A DNA stretch of 64,000 nucleotides, taken from assembly GCF_001194135.2 (NCBI RefSeq), contig NC_068985.1, positions 113,728,444 to 113,792,443 on the forward strand. The letters are read 5' to 3'. This stretch comes from Octopus bimaculoides. Lineage: Eukaryota. Both the position numbers and the translations under genes were made by a program. Below, one piece after another: positions 1 through 12,880 of the stretch. Within the stretch, counting starts at the first letter, position 1, and each line of letters begins with the position of its first letter. The notes under the pieces are model-generated. The model made no database searches. It worked only from the letters and a program-made list of their open reading frames with translations, and had not been told where the DNA came from.

Positions 1-560
1 CCAGCTGAGTGGACTAGAACAGTGTGAAGTAAAGCATCTTGCCCAAGGACACGATGTACTACCAGTAATTGAACTCACAAACTTACAATCATGAGACAAA
101 TACCCTAACCACTAAGCTATGAACCTTCTCAAACTCCTTTACTCTCTTCTTCCCTCACACACACACACACACACAACATGTACAAACACACACTTATACA
201 CACATATTTATGCTCTCACACACATGCCCTGCACTCACATTCTCTCTCTCTCTCTCTCTCACACATGCACAAAACTCCTTCTACAAGTGATAGCAACTTG
301 GGTCATGTCTAACTCAAAGGTGAAGACAGTAATAATAATCCCCTCTACTGGAAACACAAGGCTTGAAATTTTGCGGGGGGTGGGGGGTGGGGGGCTAGTC
401 GATTACATTGAACCCAGTGCACAACTGGTACTTATTTTAATGACCCTGAAAGGATGAAAGGCAGAGTTTGAAATCAGAAAGTAAAAAAGCCAGAAGAAAC
501 CTTACTAAATATTTTTATCCGGTGTGATAATAAAAATACAAAAACAATAAATTTTGTAAA

Positions 561-1056
561 TGTGGCTGTGTGGTTAAGAAGCTTGCTTTCCAACCACATG
601 GTTCCGGGTTCAGTCCAACTGAGTGGCACATTGGGCAAGTGTCTTCTACTATAGCCTTGGGCTGACCAAATCCTTGGGAGTGAATTTGAGAGATGGAAAT
701 TGAAAGAAGCCTGTCATGTGAGCATTTACATCATCATCATCATCATCGTTTAACGTCCGCTTTCCATGCTAGCATGGGTTGGACGATTTGACTGAAGACT
801 GGTGAAACCAGATGGCTACACCAGGCTCCAATCTGATTTGGCAGAGTTTCTACAGCTGGATGCCATATATTTATGTGTGTGTGTGTGTCAGCGATTGTAA
901 CTCTGCCATCACTTGACAACCAACGCCAATGTGTTTGTCTCCATAATGTAGCAGTTCGGCAAAAGAGACCAACATAATAAGTCCTGGGGTTGATTTCTTT
1001 GACTAAAACCCTTTAAGGCAGTGCTTCAGCATGGCCATGGTCAAATGATTGAGACA
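561..1056 (+). mobile_element. tRNA-derived SINE family A (CORE-like), interrupted by an RTE-tail element at ~729-866
   Basis: Head gtggctgtgtggttaagaagcttgc...gggttcagtcc, ...ttgggcaagtgtcttc motif and 3' end ...gagacaagtaaaaga shared with many other copies in the window. Confidence 0.8.
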
Positions 1057-1462
1057 AGTAAAAGAATAAGAGAAAGAACAATTGAATAAAGTATAAGAAT
1101 AGGTGTTTCAGGTGTATCAGGTAAAGAGGAGTTTACAAAAAGGAAAATCTGTAGCAAAGGTTTGTTTTATGTAAAAAGTTATTGAGGTGACATGTAGACA
1201 CCGTGTTTAATGTGTTTAGCACATGGTCAGGTAAAAAGGATGAACGGCACTTAAGAACAATTGGTTGACTGCGAAGAGAAATTGATCCAGTTAATTTAGA
1301 AGATAGTTGAGATGGAAAGGAAATGAAAGCATTGACAAAAATAAAAGTAGTTTGATAATGCAAAACAGCACAAGTTATTAAGGTTACCTTAGATGGACTT
1401 AGACCTCTCTTCACCCTCACCGTATCTGTTTCACATGTCTCTGAGATCACTGAAGAGGCAGC

Positions 1463-1499
<37 letters not shown>

Positions 1500-2309
1500 T
1501 GAAGAGTAATTAACTACTAACTAAGCTGGATATGGAGAAAAGAGAAAGATTTCCTCCGAGTCCAGATTAATTCTGATATGGCAGAAAACAAGGTAAGACC
1601 ATGAANNNNNNNNNNNNNNNNNNNNNNNNNNNNNNNNNNNNNNNNNNNNNNNNNNNNNNNNNNNNNGGACAGAGGGAGAGAAACGATGAGGGGTGGGGGG
1701 AAGCAATTGTCTCAACTCCAATCAAATTAACTGAAAGATACGTGATTTGTGTTAGTTATTAGCAAGTTTATAATCGAGTGAAGGAATCTTGGGTTAAGTT
1801 TTGATGTCTTGAAAAATGAGGAGGAAATGAAGAGGAGGAGGGGGGGAGGTGAAAACAGAGATGAAGATGAAGAAGAAGATAATGACAATGAAGACAATAG
1901 GAGGAGAAGAAGGAAGAAAAACAAGATAATGAAGCAGACAATGATAAAGAAGACACAAAAAAAAAAGAAGAGAAAAAAGGGGAGGGAAAGAAGAAAGAAG
2001 AGACAAAAAAAAAAGATGGCAAAGAGGAAAAAAGGAAGCAGAAACTGATGACGAAGTCAATGATGAAGGAAAAAGAGATGAAGATGAAGATGATGATGAC
2101 AACAATGACCAAAGAAGAATAAAACTAAAAATATCAGAAGGGAAAAAAAAAAAAAAGAAACAATAACCCCCTTAATTGCAGACAATAGAGGAATTTTTGC
2201 TGAAGTCTCATTTTATAGAGCCATGTTGATCCTGCTACACGTGAGGGTCTGTCAAAATGAGGATTGTCATAGCTCATATTATGCAGGAATGCCACCACCA
2301 ATAATGTTT

Positions 2310-3100
2310 TCAAACTTTTGGAACAAGGCCAGCAATTTCAGGGAAGGGAGTAAGTTGATTACATTGGACCCAGTACTCAACTGGTACTTATTTTATCAAC
2401 CCCAAAAAGATGAGAGGCAAAGTCCACCTCACTGGAATTTGAACTCAGAACACTAAGAATTTTACTGAGCATGCATTAACAATTTTGCTAGGGGACTTAA
2501 AATTATTGATAATAATAATAATAATCTTTTCTATTAAAGGCACAAGGCCTGAAATTTTGTGGGAGAGAGCTTGTTGATTACATCGAACCCCCAGTGTGTA
2601 ACTGGTACTTATTTAATCAACCCTGAAAGGATGAATAGAGAAAGTCGACCTCGGCGGAATTTGAACTCAGAATGTAAAGACAGATAAAATGCTGCTAAGC
2701 ATTTTGCCCACTCACTGCCTTTGATGATGATGATGATGATAATAATAATAATAATAATAATTTCTTTATTTCCCACAAGGAGCTAAACATAGAGGGGACA
2801 AACAAGGACAGACAAAGGGCTTAAGTCGATTACATCGACCCCGGTGCGGAACTGGTACTTAATATATCGACCCCGAAAGGATGAAAGGCAAAGTCGACCT
2901 CGGCGGAATTTGAACTCAGAACATAACGGCAGACGAAATACCGCAAAGCATTTCACCCGGTGTGCTAACGTTTCTGCCAGCTCAATGATAATAATAATAA
3001 TAATAATAATGGTTTCAAATTTTAGCACAAGGCCAGTAATTTGGGGGAGGGGCTAAGTCGATTACTGGTAGTTATTTTATTGACCTTGAAAGGATGAATT
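2310..3100 (-). mobile_element. Head-to-tail cluster of four SINE family B copies separated by (AAT)n
   Basis: Each carries ctgagttcaaattccgccgaggtcgactttgcctttcatcctttc..gataa...taagtaccag; the 2762-2985 copy is low divergence. Confidence 0.85.
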
Positions 3101-3123
3101 TGGAGCAAAAAATTACAATATGA

Positions 3124-3310
3124 GGAGTGAGGATGCACAGCCTAGTGGTTAGGGCGTTGCACTTATGATTGCAAGATTGTGATTTCAATTCCCGAACCAA
3201 GGTGTGTGCAGTGTTCTTGAGCAAAACAGTTCACTCCACGTTGCTCTGCGATAGCTTCGACATCTAACATTGGTACACCCATGCACTTGTACAAGCAATG
3301 TCTGTTGGAT
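3124..3310 (+). mobile_element. tRNA-derived SINE family E (other copies ~1-118 -, 8770-8935 -, 16830-17010 -, 27940-28175 +)
   Basis: gcctagtggttagggcgttgcact...gatttcaattcc...gtgttcttgagcaaaaca recurs in both orientations. Confidence 0.7.
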
Positions 3311-4151
3311 AATAAGAGCAACATAAACATTTGACCACTACAGATATATACCATCTGTGCAGGCTGTTCAGCAAGAAATTGCAGAATCCTCTTTCTTGGA
3401 TTGAAAAGACAATAGCAATGAGGAGTAACAAACAGGCATAGAGAAGGAAGCCATCATGCTGTACATTCATTGCAGTGAAGTTCGCTTTTCTTCATGTAAC
3501 AATTGAAGAACTAACAGAACTATGGAACAAAATGAAGGAAGAGGATGGAAAACTTACAATGAGTTGAATGAAGAGGAGAAGACAGGCCCAAATTTTGTGG
3601 AACACTTAACCCATTACCTCCCATAATTCTATTAACTGGAATTTTTTTTATTATGAAACTTTGATTTCTAGCATAAAACAGCCTTAGAAACACGCTGGAA
3701 TGATCAAAATAACATTTCAAAATAACATTTTAAATAGAAATAAGCGAGATATTGGGTGAAAAATTAGCAAACCTCATTTGAATATCAGAGAAATATACCT
3801 AGGAGATATAGCAAAAAGGTTAGATATGTGTAAATATAGACAGATAACTACGAAATTTGTAATTTTTAAGTGATCTCATATGAGATCACTGGTAGGTAAT
3901 GGGTTAAATAATAAGCTACATGTTGTTGTTCAGTCAGGCAACTTGTCTAGACTAATGCAACTCTTCCATGCTAGATGTCCCAATCAAGTGATGCAACATG
4001 AATGGCTGGCTTGGATCTTGTCACATTGGTCTTTCAAAAACAGAAATAGCTAATCTGTGCATGCTATGACTACAGATGATAGCAGTAGTTCACTAACTGA
4101 ACTAGTTGATCCTGGTTGTTGGCAGTTTGTTGTCAGTATATCCACTCAGTA

Positions 4152-4535
4152 GTGGAGGTGCAATGGCCCAGTGGTTAGGGCAGCGGACTTGCGGTCATAG
4201 GATCGCAGTTTCGATTCCCAGACCGGGCGTTGTGAGTGCTTATTGAATGAAAGCACCTCAAGCTCCACGAGGCTCTGGCAGAGGATGGTAGCGAATCCTG
4301 CTGTACTCTTCCACCACAACTTTCTCTCACTCTTACTTCCTGTTTCTGTTGTGCCTGTAATTCAAAGGGCCAGCCTTGTCACACTGTATCACGCTGAATA
4401 TCCCCGAGAACTATGCTAAGGGTACACGTGTCTGTGGAGTGCTCAACCACTTGCATGTTAATTTCACGAGCAGGCTGTTCCGTTGATCGGATCAACTGGA
4501 ACCCTCGTCGTCGTAAGCGACGGAGTGCCAACCTA
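4152..4535 (+). mobile_element. tRNA-derived SINE family D, full length, 15-bp TSD
   Basis: A box tggcccagtgg, B box gtttcgattcc; TSD tatatccactcagta at 4137-4151 and 4536-4550. Confidence 0.9.
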
Positions 4536-5917
4536 TATATCCACTCAGTATCTAGGGATATTCATCATTGCTCAATAAGTTCATCTGTTAAACTAGTTTA
4601 TGTTTGCCAAGCTGCATGCCATGGTTTGAATGTACTCTGGCCTGAGTGGTTGCATGCTATTTAACCCACAGCTGGGACCCTAATAAAAGCTACTATTCCA
4701 GGTCAGAACAGTAATGGCTAAGAGGTAGTTCTATATGCTTTGAAACCTGGAACTCCCAAACCAGATATATATGCAGGCACACACATACTATTTACACAAA
4801 TATGCAGAGACACACACACGCATAAACATATACATGCACAGATATACATACACACTCATACACATGTGTCCACCTAATGAGAACCAAAAGAAGAGCCACA
4901 GTGCGTTGATTGAAGAGGTGGAGATGAGCTCTGATCTTGTGGTGCACTTTAATGAATAACAACTAATGAGAACCTCACTAATTGTCAATAAACAATTAAT
5001 GAGCTACTTCCTGGGAGATGTGAGAGATTTCTTGCTTTGCTCTGTTTGACAACAAAGATGCTCACAAGCATTTTTATGGAAACAAGATTCAAGAAGCAAC
5101 AGGAAGCCAACATGATACAAAGCACTGACCTAATCTGGCTGGTGGGTTCTCAGGTGTAGAATGGTTAGCCTGTACTTTTATAAATTCATGTTTTTTTTAT
5201 TTTTTAATTTCACATATATTAGCTTTTTTTTAAAAATTATTGTTGGCAATAATTAGGAAATGCTAATAGGTGTGTATTTGAAAGCATGAAGGATGTTACA
5301 GGAGAATTATCAACAAGTACCTCCTACACACACTATGTCATCCTGGATATGTATATGAGCGTGTATGTATATCTGTACACACGTGTGTGTGTGTATTGTA
5401 TAGACATGTATATTTGTGAGGATAGTACCCAATAATAACCTGACCAGTCTACAACTATAGACAGAAAATAGAATTAGGATAGGAGGGAGGAATTATGTAG
5501 AAGGGATTCTTGCCATTTAAATACCCAATAACATCTTCACTGCCACTACCACCACCACCACCACCACCATCACCATTTATATTACTACTACAACTGGACT
5601 TAAAAGTAATACCATTAACTACACTACGACCATCATGACTTTCTCTACTGCCACTCCACCAACATTATTATTGTAAAAAGTAGCATCAGTAGCTGTGGCA
5701 GTAGTGGTAGTAGTAGTAGTAGTAGTAATGCCACCATACCATCACACTATCACCGTTGAGACCATTACTATCAAATCAACACACACACATGCACAAGTCA
5801 ATGTTTGCCATACACAAGCAAGCATACAAGTACACATATACAAATTTGTACGCATACAAGTAACACTGTCACCCATACACAAGTATGCACACATGCAAAA
5901 TACATACATACATATTC

Positions 5918-5999
<82 letters not shown>

Positions 6000-6452
6000 A
6001 CCTCCTGTAACTTCTGCTAAATAATGAAATTTATGTAGTCATATTTTGAGTTCCAACAGTTTTGACTGTAAACTGCTGGTAAGAGCACATCACTTTGGGT
6101 ATGCATTCTCATGAAATGACAAGAGGATCAAAGAAAGGTCTTATTTATACAATCACCTGAGGATTTGCAATTTACACCTTTGATGTACAATAATGGTAAC
6201 ACAGCATCTCAAGAATATACCAAAGATGTAAAAATGTCTTGAAACAATTATAGTGATTTTAAATAAAGAATTTTATTCATCCCATTTCCTATCATTTATC
6301 TATTTATATAAACTCTATGGATACTATGGAATACCTGATGTATATCCAGTAGCCAGAGCATTTTCACTGAATGATAACATCAGATAGCCAATAACCGTGG
6401 ACAAACTTTGCATAGCATTCTACAAGGTTTTTACCTGAATCATATTCATCTA

Positions 6453-6489
<37 letters not shown>

Positions 6490-6712
6490 GGGATCAGCAA
6501 ACAGTTGCTTCACCACATACCGAAGTTCAGTGAATAGCAGCTAAAAAGCAACTATTTGCTGATCCCTCAATTATGTTTATAAATGTATAAGAACTTTTAA
6601 ATAAGTTCTCCACCGATAATGGTGTTTACATACCGAAGGGCTTGGTAAAATTATTAATTGTTAATTTATTAATAAATTAATAAATTGATAAACCTTTACG
6701 CTTTTAATTGTA

Positions 6713-6743
<31 letters not shown>

Positions 6744-7798
6744 TATGTACTGGCTATGTGTATATATGTGTCTATAGCAGTTTGTATATAAAAGTGCTCA
6801 TGTATCATAAAGGTATAGCAGTGTCTAATAATGTCTGCAGTGCAACAGTATGCCCATATATGTATGTGTGAGTGTGTACGTGTATGTGTGTGACTGTATG
6901 TGTGTATGAATGACTCTGAGGAGCAGTGAATAATTAATTCTGGTCAGGGGGAAATATTACCTTACTCGGAAGCAGATGAGGGTTGGTGACAGGAAGGACA
7001 TCCGGTTGCAGAAAATCTGCCTCAACAAATCTCATCTGACCCATGCAAGCATGGAAATATAGACGTTAAAATGATGATAATTTTGAGGATTCTTACATGT
7101 TTAGACATGTGTATGGTGTAATATTACATGAACATGTTAACATCTGCAATGTAACATGTACATATCAATACCTATTTGTTTCTTTTTTTTTTTTTTTGTA
7201 ATTCTGGAATGCAACGCAGGGGTGCAAAACTAAAAACTGCACTGGATTATAAGTCTGTATGCCAGTGTGTGAGAAAGAGAGAGAGAGAGGGATGGAGGGA
7301 GAGAGAGNNNNNNNNNNNNNNNNNNNNNNNNNNNNNNNNNNNNNNNTGAGGGAGGGAGGGAGGGAGAGAGAGAGAGTGTGAGTGAGTGAGAGAGGGAGAC
7401 AGAGAGAGAGAGAGCATATGCTTTTGCGTACACATGGTTGTAAATTTATGTAAATGTATGTGTGAGTACAAGTGTGAAGGTATACGTATGAGTGAGCGTG
7501 TATGTGTATATACATGTATTTGTGTATACAATATGCTTGTAAGTTAATGCAAATATATATATGTGAATGCAAATGTGATGGTATGTATATGTCTTCATAT
7601 TTCAGTATAATCACATGCATGTGTGTGCTTGTAAGTGTATTTCTATGCATGATATGTGTTTGTATGCATGGGAATATGCATAAGAAAGTGTATATGATTA
7701 TAAATGCATATGTGAATGTGTCAGTATTTGCGTACTAGTATGTACATACGCATGAATGTGTGCATGCGTCATGAATTTATATATATATACATACATAC

Positions 7799-7861
<63 letters not shown>

Positions 7862-10159
7862 CATATATACAATCATATCTTTTACTTGTTTCAGTCATTA
7901 GATTGTGGCCATACTGGGGCACTGCCTCAGAGGGTCTAGTCAAACAAATTGACTTCAGGGTTCACATTTTTCAAAGCCTGGTATTTATTCTATTGGTTTC
8001 TTTTTTTGCCAAACTGCTAAATTGCAGGGATGTAAACAAACCAACACCGGTTAGCAAGCAGTGGTAGCTGATAAATACAAAGATATACGCAGATATATTT
8101 ACATATATATGGACACACACACACACACATGTGCATGTGTGTGTGTGCATGCAACTTTTTATGTGTAACTGTTTGAATGTATGTCTATATGTGTGCTTGT
8201 GTAGGAATGTGAGTGTATATAGATCTGTGTGTGTCTTTGTGTCTCCATGGGAATGTGTAGGTGAACGGTAAGGTAAGTTTGGGCATACTTGCCGTAATGA
8301 TGAAAGAGGTGAAGTGCTGAGTGACAAATGAGATAAAACAAAAGAGCAGCTGTTAGTCCCAGAACTCCAGTGAGATGAGGTGGAAGAGGTTGTAATCATG
8401 CTGTAAAATATTTTATTGTTTTTGTTTTGTGTTTTTTTTTTAATCTTTTCCATTTTGATATTTTGACAAATAGAAACACTTAGCAACGTCAATGACTTCA
8501 GTAACAACAACAGCGTGAACAACAACAACAACAGCGTGAACAACAACAACAGCGTCAACAATGACAAGAACAACATTTTCGGCAGAAACCAATAGCAACA
8601 GCAAAAGGTAACAAAGGACACTCAAATGGTCACCCAAACTGCTAAAAATAGTAACCACATCTCACTTCACTCACCTCCTGCCAAATTTAAGGAAAAAAAA
8701 AAACAGAAAAAAAGGGCAGCCTTTGACTTTTTAAGTGCAAAACTCACTCCCTCCATCAAATTGACATCACCTGAACAAGATCATGATGCACCGTGCATCA
8801 GCTGTCAAAGTGATTGCAGAGCAATGTGAGGTGAAGTGTTTTGCTCATAAACGACAATGCACCACCCGGTCTAGGAACTGAAACCACAATCTTGTGATTG
8901 TGAGTGCAACACCCTAACCACTAAGACCATGCACCCTCATATGAATAATAATAATAACAGACCTAACAACTCCTTTATTGAAACTGGTGTAACTACAAAA
9001 GTCACAGCAAAGATTGTAAGAAAGGTCCTCAATATATAAGAAAATTGGTTGTGACCCGGCATCAGAGATATTGATTTCTAATGTTAAACATACATGCACA
9101 CAATGAATAATAGCAATTTCAGTATTTATCACAAGGATGAAAGATTGATAAATATTAATTACTATTGAAAAGTTATAAAATAGCATTAAGGATATAAGTG
9201 GGTTGACTAAGGCCAGGAAGTGATCTCAAATCTAAATACATAACTTAACAGAGCTGGGTGCTTTTCTTCAATTATTGATTTTCTTCTGTGCCTCTTTGGC
9301 ACTACATGTCTACATGAGATGCTTTCTTGAGACAAATACCATAGTTTTTTGGCTTTTTTTAACAGTGTATCCATGTTAGGTACGCTATAGAATATTATTT
9401 TGAACTAATACTGCTTCCATTACCAATGACAAATTTTAAAACAAAATGAAATAAAAGCAATTCTTTTTTCTTTTCATAAATTCAACAAAATATTATGAAA
9501 TGATAAAATGTGAGTGAAGGAGGGGGGGGGGGTTCAGTTCCAGGTGGAGGTAGTGAGGTTGGTGTTGATAGCAGGGAAGGAGGTGAAACCTCCATTCACC
9601 TTCTAACAGTCTCAACACAAACCACCCCTCCACAAACTGCGTTAGTTTCTATATTTGACTCAGGACATTTCAGATAATTAACATTGATAATTAACACCCA
9701 GCAGAGCAAGAGAATGAGAGCTGGAGTGGAATTTTAATTATGAAGCTCACATAGAGACTTCTGCGGCTAATTTTTTATAATATGCTGACCCAACCCCTCA
9801 TCTTTTCTTCTCCAAGGAGTCTGTCTATATTTGCTGTACACGTGCATATGCACACACATTTAGATTTTTTGACAGTTCTGTACTACAACATCAACTGCCT
9901 CTATTATCTTAATAACAACAACTACTATGATTTTTTAAAAACTTTTACTGTATTTTCTGGTATACAAGTAAAAATTTTCAGGCCAAAAGTTACAGCCAAA
10001 AACGGCAGGGTGACTTTATACACCCAAGATAACTTTGGCGGACCAAAAGAAGATTCCATGTGAAATGCAGTAGGATTTCTAAAGATAGTGGTGATGTTTT
10101 GAATGTTTATATTACATATTTACACTATATACAATGTTGATTTGTACGGTTGAAAATAT

Positions 10160-10375
10160 ACTCTTTTACTTGTTTCAGTCATTTGACTGTGGCCATGCTG
10201 GAGCACCACCTTTAGTTGAGCAAATCGACCCCGGGACTTATTCTTTGCAAGCCTAGTACTTATTCTATCGGTCTCTTTTGCCAAACCGTGAAGTGACGGG
10301 GACATGAACACACCAGCATCGGTTGTCAAACAATGCTAGAGGGACAAACACAGACACACAAACACGCACACACAC

Positions 10376-10412
<37 letters not shown>

Positions 10413-10580
10413 TACGACGGGCTTCTTTCAGTTTTCGTCTACCAAATCCACTCACAAAGCTTTGGTCGGCCCGAGGCTATAGTAGACGACACTTTCCCAA
10501 GATGCCACACAGTGGGACTGAACCCGGAACCATGTGGTTAGTAAGCGAGCTACTTATCACACAGCCACTCTTGCACCTAT
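10160..10580 (-). mobile_element. SINE family A, full-length, low divergence
   Basis: Near-identical to the reverse complement of 33564-33943 and to 60134-60540. Confidence 0.9.
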
Positions 10581-11008
10581 GTGGTAAAGATGTTTTTTTA
10601 TATTGACATGAGACTATAAATAGTGAGGAATCACATAAAAAAAAAAAACCCATCAGATTAACATAGCACATTACTGGTACTTATTTTATTCCCCTCTGAT
10701 CGGAACTAAACCCAGAATGTTTAAATGCTACTAATTCTGTACGTCTTAAAAAGTTTAGCTTTGAAATATATTCCTCATCATCATTTAACATCCACCTTTC
10801 CACGCTTGGAATTTGTCATCAGACAGAATTTGTTGAGGCAGATTTTCTGCTAAGCCTCACCTGTTTCCAAGAAAGGTAATCTTTCCCCATGATCAGACAT
10901 GCTTTTCATGGAAGACTGGAAATGAACAACATCACTTGTATGATGATGATGATGATGATGCTTGTTTACATCACATGATGTGAAGACAAAGGTGCAGACA
11001 AGCATACA

Positions 11009-11045
<37 letters not shown>

Positions 11046-11051
11046 GCATAT

Positions 11052-11218
11052 ATACAACGTGCTTCTTTCTATTTCTGTCTACCAAATCCACTCACAAGGC
11101 TTTGGTCGGCCCGAGGCTATAGCAGAAGACACTTGCCCAAGGTGCCACGCAGTGGGACTGAACCCAGAACCATGTGGTTGGTAAGCAAGCTACTTACCAC
11201 ACAGCCACTCCTGCGCCT
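11052..11218 (-). mobile_element. SINE family A, 5' half, ~55 bp from the plexin exon donor
   Basis: Reverse complement reads aggcgcaggagtggctgtgtggtaagtagcttgc...gaaagaagc. Confidence 0.85.
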
Positions 11219-11271
11219 GATTCAAAATATATAAATAAGAAATAACGATTAAAAATGTTGAGGTTACTTAC

Positions 11272-11373
11272 TGAGACTGGATCGCAAATGATTCTGTCTG
11301 TGCTTGTTTTAGTGGCATGTACTTTCACGTCTTGGTTCAGTTTGAATTTACATTTGATATCTGTTTGGAAATC
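11272..11373 (-). CDS. Plexin exon: DFQTDIKCKFKLNQDVKVHATKTSTDRIICDPVS
   Basis: ttcaattatactttacag|GAT...TCA|gtaagt. 102 nt, phase 0/0. The C-x-F...I-x-C pattern fits the Ig-like segment between PSI2 and PSI3. Confidence 0.85.
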
Positions 11374-12734
11374 CTGTAAAGTATAATTGAAATATATGGC
11401 TATAAATATATAGGTCACACAACAACAGCACCAGCAATGACAATACTTGAACACATGGTATAAAGAGAAATAAGTAAATGAATCACAATAAGTAAATAAA
11501 CATAGAACTCTACTAGTTGGGACATTCTATTGCCCATAACAATAATAATGATAATAACATTATGATACATCACACGTCTTGAGAAGAGCATTGTCAATAT
11601 GAGAATGATTATTACCCATGTATTTATAATTCTTTTTTCACATAACTTCAATTCATTTTTAAAACAAACAATCTAGTGTATTTTGTTTAATGGTCTACCA
11701 ATGTATACAGTGAGTTTCTTTACCTTAGGAGTTGGGAACAAGCTCGCTCGGCAAGAAATGGAAACAAAATTGAAAGAAGAAAAACTAATAATAATAATAA
11801 TAATAAGCATTTCAACCAGCATGCTAATGATTCTGCCAGTTCACCACCTAGGAAACCCCAAGTTCAAAAGATAGTGCTCATGGGAACTGCCCATATCCTA
11901 CGTAAAATACTGTCTATGTGATCTCAAATTTTAAAGCAAACACATAATTTTCTTATGGTTTCTTAAACATTCACTTGAACAAAACTGTACAAATCCAAAT
12001 ATATGGTACCCTAGGCATAACACCTACATGAACTTCTAACTTGTTGTCTCTTGAGGTCTCTGGGTGAGACTTGGATCCAACTTGTACAAATGCAAAACAA
12101 AAGTCAAACATAAAATAATAATAATAATGATAATAATAATATATTACTACAAATAATTATGGTTACAAATTTTGGCACAAATCCAACTGTTTTAGAGGCG
12201 AGGGTAAGTGGGTAACATCAACCTCAGTGCTAAGGTGGTACTTTATTTTATTGACACCCTGGAAGAATGAAAGTTAACCTCAGCAGGAAATGAACTCAGA
12301 ATGTAACAAGCCAAAACAAATATTGTAAAGCATTTTTTAATTTTTTTTATGAAGCCAGTTCAATAATAATAATTCCTTACTCCAAGCTAAGCTCTGCCAA
12401 TGACTTAACAAAGTAGTGCTGGAAGCTTTTGCATGGTACCAGCATTAGTGAGGTTTACCTTGTAACTTGCAAGACTAGGGGCTTACAATGAGGGAGAAAA
12501 ATTGCAGTGCAAAATATAGATAGAAGGATAGAGAAACTTTGAATGTATATAAGAAGATTGATGGTGGGAGTGGGTAGAATATATACAAAATATATTTTAC
12601 TTTACAGCAGTTATCTATTTCAATATACATGCCACACAAACAACGAAATTGAATACATGAGATAAATGGTACACACATATAAACATACATATAGCAAATT
12701 ACATACTAAATTGCATACTTAAATACTCTGAAAA

Positions 12735-12880
12735 CCACACATATACACACAGCCATATATACACATGGAAACACACATATGCACACATGGAAACACACAT
12801 ATACACACAGCCATATATACACATGGAAACACACATATACACACAGCCATGTATACACATGGAAACACACATATACACAC
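12735..12880. repeat. 36-bp minisatellite, ~3.5 copies plus a partial unit
   Basis: Unit acacacatatacacacagccatatatacacatggaa; explains the 12-aa periodic ORFs there. Confidence 0.85.

Noticed and set aside
1133-1495. 120-aa minus-strand ORF
   Set aside because: It starts in a (TG)n tract and has no recognisable domain or splice sites; possibly decayed transposon sequence.
4152-4230. tRNA-like sequences with A and B boxes (also at 33564 and 41100)
   Set aside because: They are SINE heads continuous with repeat bodies and tails; no complete cloverleaf, so they are not called as tRNA genes.
8293-8400. 108-nt minus-strand candidate exon with a GC donor (CG|gcaagt)
   Set aside because: In the required phase 0 it reaches TAA at codon 16; the open frame is Ser-rich and not plexin-like.
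12735-12880. Regular repeat array considered as CRISPR-like
   Set aside because: Units are contiguous with no unique spacers, in a eukaryotic context; it is an ordinary minisatellite.
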